Assembly (NCBI GenBank): GCA_951406725.2
Contig: OX597826.1
Location: forward strand, 33,852,001 to 33,916,000
DNA from: Octopus vulgaris
Lineage: Eukaryota
Length of the DNA stretch: 64,000 bases
Reading direction: 5' to 3'
In this document: positions 1-11,334 of the stretch, in pieces
Layout: every line of letters starts with the position of its first letter
How positions within the stretch are numbered: position 1 is the stretch's first letter
Program-made: the position numbers and the translations under genes
The notes under the pieces: model-generated
Seen by the model: only the letters and a program-made list of their open reading frames with translations
What the model was told of the DNA's origin: nothing
Databases searched by the model: none

Positions 1-455
1 ACAGTGATGATGGTGACAATGATGACAATGATGTTGGTGGTGGTGGTAGTGGTGATGATAGTGGTAATGATGAGGATGATGATAATGATGGTGGTTGTAG
101 TGGTGGTGGGGTGGCAGTTGTGGTAGTGGTGATAATGACAGTGGTGGCTGTGATGGTGGTTGTGGTGATGATGATGTTGATTTGGTGATGAACATGATAA
201 TGATGATGATGGTGATGATGACAATAATGAAGATGATGATGATGATGATAGTGACAATGATGACAATGACGTTGGTAGTGGTGGTGGTGGTGGTGGTGGT
301 AGTGGTAATGATGAAGATGATGGTGGTTGTAGTGGTGGTGGAATTGCACTTGTGGTAGTGGTGATAATAACAGTGGTGGTTGTGATGGTGGTTGTGGTGA
401 TGATGATGTTGATTTGGTGATGAAGATGATAATGATGATGATGGTGATGATGACA

Positions 456-487
<32 letters not shown>

Positions 488-564
488 GATGGTGGTGACA
501 ATGATGATGACGATGATGATGTTGACAATGATGATTATGATGATGCTTTAGTGATTATTATGAC

Positions 565-602
<38 letters not shown>

Positions 603-810
603 CAACGATGATGATGAAGATGATGGTAAAGGTGCTTTAGTGATGATGAGGATGATGATAAAGGTGCTTTAGTGATGATGATGATGATGATGATGAGGAT
701 GATGATGATGATGATGGTGGTGCTTTACTGATTATGATGATAATGATGGTGATAACGATGATGGTGTTTTAGTGATGATGATGATTATGATGATGACGAC
801 GACAACGGCA
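1..810. repeat. Compound trinucleotide low-complexity tract (GAT/GGT/GAC) with an internal ~235-bp duplication
   Basis: GTGACAATGATGACAATGA occurs at ~13 and ~252; GATTTGGTGATGAA occurs at ~179 and ~411. Confidence 0.85.
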
Positions 811-2389
811 ACGATACATCCAAATCAGCAGGGACTACTGATTCTGTTAAACCTACAAAAGACAGAATGGACAGTGATAAACTAAATTTCTTCTTTCTTA
901 TGAATATTTATTTCATAATATTCTTCCTTGCTTTTACCTTACCATTTTCGTAGCCATTTCAACTCTTACTATCGTTGCTCTTCATAATTTTTCTTCTCAT
1001 TTCATTTCGTATTTCTTCAGCTTGGTCTTCTTATTACTGCATTATCATCTTCTTCCTCATCCTCTCTGTTATCTTCATCTTCTTTTTCATCTACATAATG
1101 ATCTTTTGGTCACAAATATAGCAATCACTAATACTATACAAATACAAAAATCCACAATAAACACAGCTCAAAACAAACTGGATACACACACACATACATA
1201 CACACACATACATACATACGTACACAAACTTATACATACATACATACACATGCATACATACATACAAACACATGCATACATATACATACACGCACACATA
1301 CATATACATACATACACACATACATACATACACATATATACATACATACATCATATATATATCTGCTAAATGAGTGCACATATAATATGTATATATATAT
1401 GCATATATATAAGTACATATATATATATACACACAGATACACACACAAATGCATATATATATATATACACAAAAATATGTCTGTACATATATGTATATAT
1501 ATATATTTAAAATATATATGTGTACACATACACATGTATATTGGCTGTATACACATGTGTGTATTACACACACACACACACTATATATATAGTGTGTGTG
1601 TGTGTGTGTTTATATAGGAAAGGAGAGGGAGAGAGGGGCAAGACATTTGTAGAACATGAGACAGCAGTGCTGCCACTCCAACTCAGAACATACCAGCTTA
1701 TATCAAATATCAAAGTATAAAACAAAAACAAAAGAAATGGAAAGAAAACAAAGCATAAAAATATGAGGGAAAAATTTACTCAAGAAACCACAGGACAAGA
1801 ACAATGGCGGAAAAGACAATACATGTCAATAATAACAACAACAAAACCACATCACCAATAACAACAACGACAACACCAATAACAACCACAGCAGCAACAA
1901 CAAAAACAATGATGTCAGTGACGATGACGAAAAGAAAATAGGAAAAATACTAAAAGCAAAGATTTGAAACCAGAAAACAAATGAAAAAAAAAAGAAAAAA
2001 AAAAGGAAGTGCCAAAGTAAAATTCTTGATATAAATGTGAAACATAAATGGAAATCCAAAGAAGGAATTGGTGTGAATATTTATCCGATAAGAGACGAGA
2101 TTAGAAGAGGACAGTCATTGGTTTGCTCTTTGGAAATGGATCCATTAAAATGTTTAATGAATTGTTTTTGTTTGTTGTTTATTTGAAGAACACACATAGA
2201 AGCACACACACATATATACATTCTCATACACACACACACACGTATATACATATTCATGCTCACAATGCACACATATGCACTTATACGCATATAGGTACAT
2301 GCCCATACACACACATACACACACTCATACATATACATACATATACAAATATGCACATATGCATATACACCCATACATACATATACACA

Positions 2390-2428
<39 letters not shown>

Positions 2429-3280
2429 TCTAATACACACATACACACACATGTATATACATATTCATACTCACAATGCGAACACATACACTTATACATA
2501 TATAGGTACATGCCCATGCACACACATACACACACTCATACATATACAAATATGCATGTACACCCATACATACACATACACAAATATATATATATATGTT
2601 TATATATATACACACACATTCTCATACACACACACAAATGCACCTCCACACATACATTCATATACACACGCTCGTACATACACATACATATATACATATA
2701 TACATACATTCATACACACACTCTCATACATACGTATACACATACACATATACATACACACATACACATATACATACATAAATACATCCTCATACACACA
2801 CAATGTGTATGTTATAATGAGCTTCTTTTAACGTGTTTTGCTTTTTTGTTGTTTTTTGTATTTGTAAATATTTTTGTTTTTCAGTGATAGCAAGAAGACA
2901 TTTTAGACATCGTTTTGTTGTTGATGTTGATGTTGTTGTTGTAACATAGTTGACAATAATGCAAAAGTTTGTCTGTGTGTCTATGTTGGTGGAGGGTCAT
3001 GGGATGTGAGAGAGATGAAATAATAGAGAGGGAGAGATGAGGGAGTGACAGGGAGAGAGTAAAAGGAAGAGTGTGGGAGAGAGAGAAAGAAAATAGAATA
3101 CAGGAAAGAGATATGAGTAAGGATTTGTTGCTTGAGATTATTGGAGGGACACACCATGCAGGGAGTGAAAAGGAAAGAGAGATCAAGGAGAGAGAGAGAG
3201 GGGGGGAGGGAGAAAGGCAGTGAGAGAAAAAAGAGGGAGAAAGAAAGGATAGATGTGGAAAAGAGAGTAAGGTAAGTAGG

Positions 3281-3318
<38 letters not shown>

Positions 3319-3760
3319 CATACATAGATAGATAGCGCAACTCATATATGCACTCATACACAGGTGAGAGAGAGAAAGAAGAGGAGAGAGGAGTGTGAGA
3401 GACGTCAGAGAATGAGGGTGGGAGGGAAAGAGGAATAAGCCAGATAAATAGATAGTTAGATACATATATGCATTCACCCAGAGAGAGAGAGAGAGAGAGA
3501 GAGAGGAGGAAGAGGAAGAGAGAATGACAGACAGAGACAGAAAGAGACAGAGGGCTACAGAGAGAGAGAAAGAGAGAGATGAAGACGAATGGGAGATAAG
3601 AGAAAAATATGGAGACACAAAGGAATACAAAAGGGACAGAATGTTCCAGTAAATTTCTGTCAGATAACGAAGAAGCAGAAGGAAAATTACAGGAAGAGAG
3701 ATGGGGACACAAAAAGAAGGAAGGCTACTAAAAGACAGACCTGAAGCTGCCAATAACAGG

Positions 3761-3814
<54 letters not shown>

Positions 3815-3865
3815 AGACACATGAGAGTGAGTTTAAATTCAATTAGAGAATGAATTCGTTAGATT

Positions 3866-4078
3866 TATTTCTTTATTTCCCACAAGGGGAAAAACAAGGA
3901 CAGACAAAGGGATTAAGTCGATTACATCGATCCCAGTGTGTAACTAGTACTTAATTTATCGACCCCGAAAGGATGAAAGGCAAAGTCGACCTCGGCGGAA
4001 TTTGAACTCGGAACGTAACGACAGATGAAATACGGCTACGCATTTCGCCCGGCGTGCTAATGTTTCTGCCGGCTCGCC
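3866..4078 (-). mobile_element. SINE family B (tRNA-derived) copy
   Basis: Minus strand GGCGAGCCGGCAGAAACATTAGCACG...GAGTTCAAATTCC (A/B-box-like), then GGTCGACTTTGCCTTTCATCCTTTCGGGGTCGATAAATTAAGTAC; about 25 related copies in the window. Confidence 0.85.
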
Positions 4079-4114
4079 ATTGCTAAACAAACATATTACT
4101 TGTTCGTGTGCTGA

Positions 4115-4290
4115 CGTCAGTATTCACCCAGGGTGGGTCTAGCCAGCTCTGACCAACAAGTTCATCACGTCCCTTATGAATACTGACCACATCCGACGGC
4201 TGGCTGTCGTCGAAGTTGTAATGGATATCCACTCTTGTGTCCCGATTGGCGATTCCACGCCTCTTCAGTTGTTCTCCAGTTCATTTTTGG
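4115..4290 (-). mobile_element. Decayed 3' end of an RTE-like LINE
   Basis: Minus strand reads ...EWISITTSTTASRRMWSVFIRDVMNLLVRAG*THPG*, resembling from memory the RTE C-terminal pattern DRxxWxxxIRDVVNxxxxAGSTRPG. Confidence 0.45.
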
Positions 4291-4677
4291 AGAACACACA
4301 TGAACACACAGAGAGAAGAGAGAAAAGAGAGAAAATGTGTGTGTGTGTGGCAAATCCATAGGGGTTTTACATCCTCGTAGGCACATTTAATTACACTGGA
4401 AGGGTCTAATTTTCCCGTAACATTTGTATCTTATGTGTTTATAAATCTTTGCTTTTAATAGTCGACAAACCTATGAGATGTTATTCAGGTACTTAACTAT
4501 GGGTGCACTGCAACTTATAGCAGAAACAGGTGTAAGCAAATGAAGTTCAAATATAATCATCGCTTTCGTTTGTCATTTAATTTTCATATTACCGCTCTAT
4601 ACTCATCTAACATTTCATTCTGAAGCATACATATACTAAATTCCACACCAGCTTTTTTTCTCTCACAAGGCCTAAGT

Positions 4678-4708
<31 letters not shown>

Positions 4709-4712
4709 CTAC

Positions 4713-4752
<40 letters not shown>

Positions 4753-4758
<6 letters not shown>

Positions 4759-4909
4759 TTGTTATCGCCATATTAATATGGCATTCTTATAGATATAAGA
4801 ATAATCGCTGCCGCTGGTCAGCTCCATGAGGCCACCGCCATCAAGATAGCTATTGATACACGATTATATCTATAAGAATGCCATATTAATATGGCGATAA
4901 CAATTAATT
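4753..4909. repeat. Fold-back: 46-bp perfect inverted arms (4753-4798 / 4864-4909) next to (AT)n
   Basis: AATTAATTGTTATCGCCATATTAATATGGCATTCTTATAGATATAA and its exact reverse complement. Confidence 0.9.
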
Positions 4910-5094
4910 TCCAGTAAACGCTGCCGTAATCTCTTTTATAGAGACTTAGTAATTTTCTAAGTTATATCTTAGAATGATCTTAAATGATCTAAGTTATATG
5001 ATGTATAAACATGTAAATATACAAATAAATATCTGTAAATATAAAAACCATCCGAATTTCTGAGTACCTCATTTCTTCTAATATATATATATAT

Positions 5095-5600
5095 ATAACT
5101 TATAAAACAAGGGCAAAAGAAAAATTCTAATGCCAAATATGCCGAAATTAGACAAATTGTCAGTAACCATTAGAATTTATGCGTCTCGAAACAAGCCGAT
5201 AGAAATTTCTAAAAAATTCCGTTATTACCGTATTGCTCCCAATTTCAAAGTTAATTCATAAGAATTTTCTTCTCCTCAGCGATGAATACGTAAGGCATAA
5301 ATGAAATACTTACTCATACTCATAGAAAAAGCAACCACTAAGTCCTGAGCAGACCTAAGTACCCCAAATATATCCAAAATAGAAAATCTTCAGAACATCT
5401 CGAGACACGTGTGATTCGAACTAGAAACTTTCACAGAGTGAGACAGTCTGGAAGTGAACACTATTAAATTTACATCTAATGTAGGATAAATTTTTTCGAA
5501 AAAAAAAATGTTATCAATGGCTAGCATATTAAAAAATACCTTTAAAGGTTAAATTTATAAATAACTTATAAAATAAGGGCAAAAGAAAAATTCTAATGCT
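5095..5600. mobile_element. ~466-bp unit with head-to-tail restart, embedded in (AT)n; probable Penelope-like non-autonomous remnant
   Basis: ATAACTTATAAAAYAAGGGCAAAAGAAAAATTCTAATGC occurs at 5095 and again at 5561. Confidence 0.55.
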
Positions 5601-5626
5601 AAATTCTAATGCCATATATATATAAT

Positions 5627-5886
5627 TTTTTATAATTATGAGTATAATTATAATTAGGGTTCAGCAAAAAATTTGTTTCACCACATACCAAGATTTTCTT
5701 ATGGTAGAGAAATAGCTAGTTTTAACTGCTTTTTCTAAATTTCGGTATGTGGTGAAGCAAATTTTTTGCTGAACCCTAATTATAATTATACTCATAATTA
5801 TAAAAACTTTTAAGTTTACCGATAATGGTTCTTTTAACATACCGAACTACTTGGTAAAATTATTAATTAATTAATTGATTTTACCC

Positions 5887-5890
<4 letters not shown>
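5627..5890. mobile_element. Fold-back element (63-bp arms 5627-5689 / 5744-5806); diverged relative of the 48-kb unit
   Basis: Arms differ by one mismatch; the reverse complement of 5690-5890 (AGGGTAAAATCAATTAATT...ACCAAGTAGTTCGGTATG...AGAAAAAGCAGTTAAAA...AAGAAAATCT) parallels 48031-48225. Confidence 0.7.
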
Positions 5891-5931
<41 letters not shown>

Positions 5932-6723
5932 TTCATTATCATCATCATCATCATCATCATTATATATTGTAGCTACACGTGTGCCACTGGCGATTTCTTT
6001 TTCTCTTTTTTTGGACTTTTCCCTTTCTCCTTTCCGACATAGAGCTATGCTCGAATCGTCAAACTCTCCTCTTTCACCGCGCGTCAAGTTAATACGCTTC
6101 TTGTTCACATCCTTTGGTTCGATGTCTTCCCTAGTTTTTTATTCGTTTTTCGAATTGACTATATATATATGCCAAACGAAACCCGGAAGATGGAATATAC
6201 GACAATTGTTTCAACACATCTAGCACGATCGCTCATGTGATTGATAATAAATTCTCATATATTGCCCATCTTCCGTCTTTCGTTTGCCATATACATAACG
6301 ATCACTATGACTGTGTTTTACCAGTAAGCTACCAGGTGAAAAACCATTCGTTTTATATATATATATAAGCATACATATACACGTGTACATACACATACAT
6401 AGATAAAAATGTTTTATTGAGATGATAACATCAACAAGAATAAATCTATTTCATTCCAGTTTCCAAATTATCATATGATTTCTACAAGTGTTGTAAGGGT
6501 CGTTGTCTGAATAAATCAACATATCCACTCCGCCATATTTAACTGAGTAATTAAAAAGCAATTGTCTATCTATCTACCCATCCCCACTCTCTCTCTAAAT
6601 ATATATATATTTCGTTTTGGGATTTGGTTTGCAAGATTCTTTATGCGAGTTCGTGTGTTGAAGTATATACTGTTGTGTCTGTGAAGAGTCATTCTCTTTT
6701 AGTGCCTCCCCCAGACACAACAG

Positions 6724-6759
<36 letters not shown>

Positions 6760-6872
6760 TGTATATATATAACAAAATAATAAATAAAACATATGCATAC
6801 ATACATATATGTACGTACCTACATTTATATGTATATATACATGCATATATGGGTATATATATATATATATAT

Positions 6873-7066
6873 ACTCTTTTACTTGTTTCAGTCATTTGAC
6901 TGCAACCATGCTGGAGCACCGTCTTTAGTCGAGCAACTCGACCCCGGGACTTATTCTTTGTAAGCCCAGTACTTATTCTATCGGTCTCTTTTGCCGAACC
7001 GCTAGCTTACGGGGACGTAAACACACCAGCATCGGTTATCAAGCAATGCTAGAGGGACAAACACAG

Positions 7067-7105
<39 letters not shown>

Positions 7106-7271
7106 CATATATACGACAGGCTTCTTTCAGTTTCCGTCTACCAAATCCACTCACAAGGCTTTGGTCGGCCCGAGGCTATAGCAGAAGACACTTGCCCAAG
7201 ATGCCACGCAGTGGGACTGAACCCGGAACCATATGGTCAGTTAGCAAGCTACTTACCACACAGCCACTCCT
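6873..7271 (-). mobile_element. SINE family A (tRNA-derived, internal (AT)/(GT) microsatellite), full length
   Basis: Minus head AGGAGTGGCTGTGTGGTAAGTAGCTTGCT...GGGTTCAGTCCC, tail GGTGCTCCAGCATGGTTGCAGTCAAATGACTGAAACAAGTAAAAGAGT; near-identical to 62683-63084. Confidence 0.9.
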
Positions 7272-7690
7272 AATCATCTTGTGTTTCTTCTCAAAAGTGT
7301 AAAGTGAAAAATATACAGCCACGTCAGAAGTATGTAGAGTCAGATGTTTATTCAAATTGTTGAACTGAATTCATTTCCTTGTGCCTAAAGAATCGGTGTA
7401 GCTGTCGTTAAGCAAACTCACACTTCAGCGAGCAGGAAATAAGGTATTTCGGACTCACAGCTTTAATTATTGTCGACTGTAAAAAAAATTGCCTTCGGAC
7501 ATAAGGACCCATTTTAGAAATAGGTAATTACAACACTCTACACACACAAATGTATGTATATGTGTGTATGTACGTGTGTATATAGAAATATATAATTTGA
7601 ATGTGTATATATATATATATATATATATATTTGGATAATATCATACTAAATTCTGGTGCCTTTAACTTAAGTACCATATCAAACTGAATC

Positions 7691-7761
<71 letters not shown>

Positions 7762-7776
7762 GTATATACGCACACA

Positions 7777-8145
7777 TATTCTTTTATTCTCTTATTTGTT
7801 TAAGTTATTTGACAGTGGCCATGCAGGAGCACCATCTTTAGTTGAAGAAATCGACCCCTGAACTTATTCTTTGTAAGCCTAGTACTTATTCTATTGGTAT
7901 CTTTTCGCTGAACCGCTAAGTTACGGGGACGTAAACACATCAACATCGGTTGTCAAATGATTGTGGGAGGACAAATACAGACATACATATACACACATAC
8001 ATATATGATGAGCTTCTTTCAGTTTCCGTTTACCAAGTCCACTCACAAGGCTTTGGTCGACCCGAGGCTAAAGTAGAAGATGCTCAAGATGCCACGCAGT
8101 GAGACTGAACTCGGAACCACGTAGTTGGGAAGCAATTTTCTTACC
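7777..8145 (-). mobile_element. SINE family A copy (older)
   Basis: Colinear with 6873-7271, with more substitutions. Confidence 0.85.
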
Positions 8146-8528
8146 GCCTATATATCTCTTATTATAAAAGGCAGATTTTATCTGCCTCCCTTTGGGAGTT
8201 ATAGAAATCTACAATATAGGATTTCTTCAATTACAATTTACCTAGCATTTTTAAGAGTACAATGCATCGCGTCATGCCAGGTCCAGTTTTTAAAATTTAA
8301 ACTCCAATTAAGCAAAATTTACAGAAAACTCACATTCTGGTGTGTGTGTCAAATGCTTTTCTTAGTCTGGTTTACACCACACGCAAACGCACACACACAG
8401 TGGGCAACGAATAAAATGAAAGCAATTCACTTACTGTAGTGAGTGATTCTTTCACTCTGCCTCCCACTTCCTCTTTCCACACATAGACACGCAAATATAT
8501 AAATAAAATTGTAAGCTAACGTGCGTGT

Positions 8529-8575
<47 letters not shown>

Positions 8576-8667
8576 TGTGAGGGTGCGTGTGTGTGTGCGT
8601 GTGCGTGAGTGTGTGACAGGAAAGTTTTTTACGACGAATATAAGACCTATATCCAAGTAGCAGAAAG

Positions 8668-8932
8668 ATAAGACAGTAAGGTGTGATTTGAGGGAGATTT
8701 GGCTGCTATTTCTACCATGTCTAGCTGCCATGTAGGGGTCTCCCTCATAGGCTCATACATACATATATACATAGATAAGACAGTAAGGTGTGATTTGGGG
8801 AAAATTTGGCTGCTATTTCTACCAGGTCTAGCTACCATGTAGAGGTCCCCCTCATTGGCTCATATATATATACATACATAAGACAGTAAGGTGTGATTTG
8901 AGGGAGATTTGGCTGCTGTTTCTACCAGGTCT
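8668..8932. repeat. Three tandem ~105-bp units of a dispersed repeat
   Basis: ATAAGACAGTAAGGTGTGATTTGRGGRARATTTGGCTGCTATTTCTACCA at 8668, 8775, 8878; related single copies near 30810, 31020, 32600 and 47680. Confidence 0.85.
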
Positions 8933-8998
8933 GTTAGGCCTTCTCATGTAAACTCAAGCTTTCTCATGCCTTGAACATAAGACCAAAGCAGAGAATGT

Positions 8999-9220
8999 AT
9001 TCTTTTATTCTTCTGCTTTTTCCAGCCATTGGTCTGTGGCCATGCTGGGGCAATGCCTTGAAGAATTGTAGTTTAATGAATCAACTCCAGTTTTATTTTT
9101 GTAAGCATTGTACTTATTCTATCTGTTTCCTTTGTCAAACCACTAGGTGACAGGGATGTAAACAAACCAACATTCGTTGTCAAGCAGTGGTGGAGGACAA
9201 TCACAAGCACAGACACGCAC
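8999..9220 (-). mobile_element. SINE family A 3' half (diverged)
   Basis: GGCCATGCTGGGGCAATGCC...TACTTATTCTATC...GGATGTAAACAAACCAAC. Confidence 0.75.
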
Positions 9221-9297
9221 ACACACACACATACATGCATACACATATACACACATACATACATACATACATATATATATATGTGTGTATATATATA

Positions 9298-9618
9298 TTG
9301 CAGCGTGGAAGGTGTTTGTAAGCCATTTAAGAAACACACAAAAACCGTTACATTCACTTCAACATTTAAATTTAATTTGCCAAAATATTTTCGTCGCTTT
9401 GAGACCGCGACCTGTTCACTGACAAAAATATCGTGCTAACAGGTCGCGGTCTCAAAGCAATGAAAATATTTTGACAAATTAAATTTAAATGTTGAAGTGA
9501 ATCTAACGGTTTTTGTGTGTTTCTTAAATGGCTTATAAACACCTTCAACGCTGCAACTGTTTTCGTTCCAGCACACGATCTCAGATCAAGTCACTTGCTA
9601 TGCAAGTACATCTCTGTA
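9298..9618. mobile_element. Fold-back HHR-bearing element, family G (arms 9298-9416 / 9438-9556)
   Basis: ~119-bp inverted arms, (AT)n on both flanks; a single-arm copy is at 19268-19465. Confidence 0.8.
9376..9426 (-). ncRNA. Minimal type I hammerhead-like motif, G3-C8 core variant
   Basis: Minus: TTTGTCA GTGAACA G GTCGC GGTCTCAAA GCGAC GAAA ATATTT TGGCAAA (stem I 7 bp, stem II 5 bp, palindromic AATATT stem III). Confidence 0.6.
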
Positions 9619-9720
9619 ACTATATATATATATTTATATATATATATATATGTATATTGGTAAAAACAGTAAGATAACAACAGAAAGAAAGAGACCTCAA
9701 TATTATGTAAATAGAGGAAA

Positions 9721-10115
9721 TCTTTATATATAAAAGTGAGGTTGTGTGTCTGTCTCCTACGATTTAAATTCCTAACTACTCCCACATTTTGCGGTGCAGT
9801 TTAACCAAAACCGGGTATCTTATAGTCGTGATTCATATCGAGACCGTCTGGGTATTAGCGCGCGTCTACGATGAGTCTACGATTTAAAAAAAAAATTACC
9901 ATCAATTTTTCCCATTTTTAATCCATTTTTGACATATATAAGGGAAGTAACTCTCTAAAATTTATTATTAAATCTCAGAACGTAAAAAGCTACAGTAACA
10001 CCCCTCCCCCTTCGTGGTTAGCCATATTGAGATGGCTATTATACTTTACATCTCTAAAAATGCTTATATAATTATTTCCCTTACAAACCCGAGCAACGCC
10101 GGGCGATACTGCTAG
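9721..10115 (+). mobile_element. Non-autonomous Helitron-like element
   Basis: A|TCTTTATATATAAA 5' end; subterminal hairpin CCCGAGCAACGCCGGG (10088-10103); CTAG|T 3' end; no TSD; second copy at 45423-45807. Confidence 0.8.
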
Positions 10116-10216
10116 TATATATATATATATATATATTTGATTTGATTTTGATTTTTCCAGTTTCAGCTCATGAGCTGTGGCCATGCTGGGGCACCGCCAT
10201 TTATATATATATACAC

Positions 10217-10239
<23 letters not shown>

Positions 10240-10247
<8 letters not shown>

Positions 10248-11334
10248 CGGCAAAATGTCTGTCTGTCTGTCTGTGTGCGCGTCCCTTATACAAATCTACA
10301 TTTCCTCAGTCACCCCGCAAAGCCATTAAAAAATCAATAAAAGTGACATATTCTTTCCAACTGTTCATTAGCATTGTACAGGTATACATGGAGGCACAAC
10401 TTGGTCCTTAACGTTATCTTCAATGCTATAAAGAACCAAATTCATCTCAACAACACTGAGAAAAAACCGTTGAAAGTACCATCTAGAGATTTCATTACCT
10501 TCGTGCGACCAGGTCAGCGGATCCGTTTCAAGAAGAAGATCAAGAAACTTTCTGAGAGAAATGAAAAGTGGAACGGCTATTGGGAAGTAACTGCAGATTT
10601 ACCTGGGTGCCAGGTTTTCTTTCCCATCCCAGTTACGAAAAAACCCAGATATTTTGATGTGGTGTGAAAGAAAGAAAGTTGTAAATATAGTCGAGTTAAC
10701 GGTTCCTCATAAAGATAATATGGACGCCGCTCGGGTTCGAAAATTGAACCGTTATATAAATCTCCTCGAGGAATGTGAAGACGCAGGCTGGAAAGCGGAA
10801 CATTTTCCTATCGAAGTCGGATGTAGAGGGTTTGTTGGACACAGCGTGAGACGACTGTTGTTATCGCTAGTCCTAACTCATCGTAAAGTCAATACCACCA
10901 TGACTGATATCCAATCTACAGTGGAGAAGGCTAGCCACTGGATTTGGTTAAAAAGAGATGATGAGCGATGGTTAGAAGGTTATTGAGTTTAATTTCATTA
11001 ACCAGCTGATCTAGCAAGCGGGACCTCATATCAGTGAGGGGGGCCGGTGCGCATTGATGCCGTCGAGAGGTAGGCCTCGAAACGGCGCGCATTCTCTCCT
11101 GATGACCCCATACACTTGCTGGCTTCGGCTTCCGCAATGTTTGCAAGACATTTGTGAATTGTCTATCCAAAACCTTAATCAAAACGCCCGAAACTTGATA
11201 CGCCAATTGAATGCCAGCTAGCTGTATGAGATTGGTCGGAGATTTGGACAGTACTCGCGTGTATGTGCGCACGCACGCAGCTGTATATGCATGCACTAGC
11301 ACTATGACCCGGCATTGCCGGGTCATAGTGCTAG
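10240..11334 (+). mobile_element. Second Helitron-like element enclosing a retrotransposon fragment
   Basis: Begins in (AT)n followed by (TGTC)n; ends in a 20-bp-arm palindrome (11295-11335) terminating CTAG|T. Confidence 0.55.
10347..10986 (+). pseudogene. 3' fragment of an RLE-type non-LTR retrotransposon ORF (HERO-like): end of zinc knuckle plus PD-(D/E)xK endonuclease, one frameshift near 10640
   Basis: HILSNCSLALYRYTWRHN...PDILMW...IVELTVP...RKLNRY...IEVGCRGF...EKASHWIWLKRDD. Confidence 0.8.

Noticed and set aside
2245-2600. ~210-bp direct duplication in (AC/AT)-rich DNA
   Set aside because: Ordinary local duplication within low-complexity sequence
1022-3822. Long ORFs rich in H/T/Y/I, C/V/M or S/L (and similar ORFs throughout)
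   Set aside because: Translations of (AC)/(AT)/(AG) simple repeats that lack stops by composition
8668-8932. CRISPR-like repeat-spacer pattern
   Set aside because: Eukaryotic context, long units, spacers are microsatellite, no cas genes
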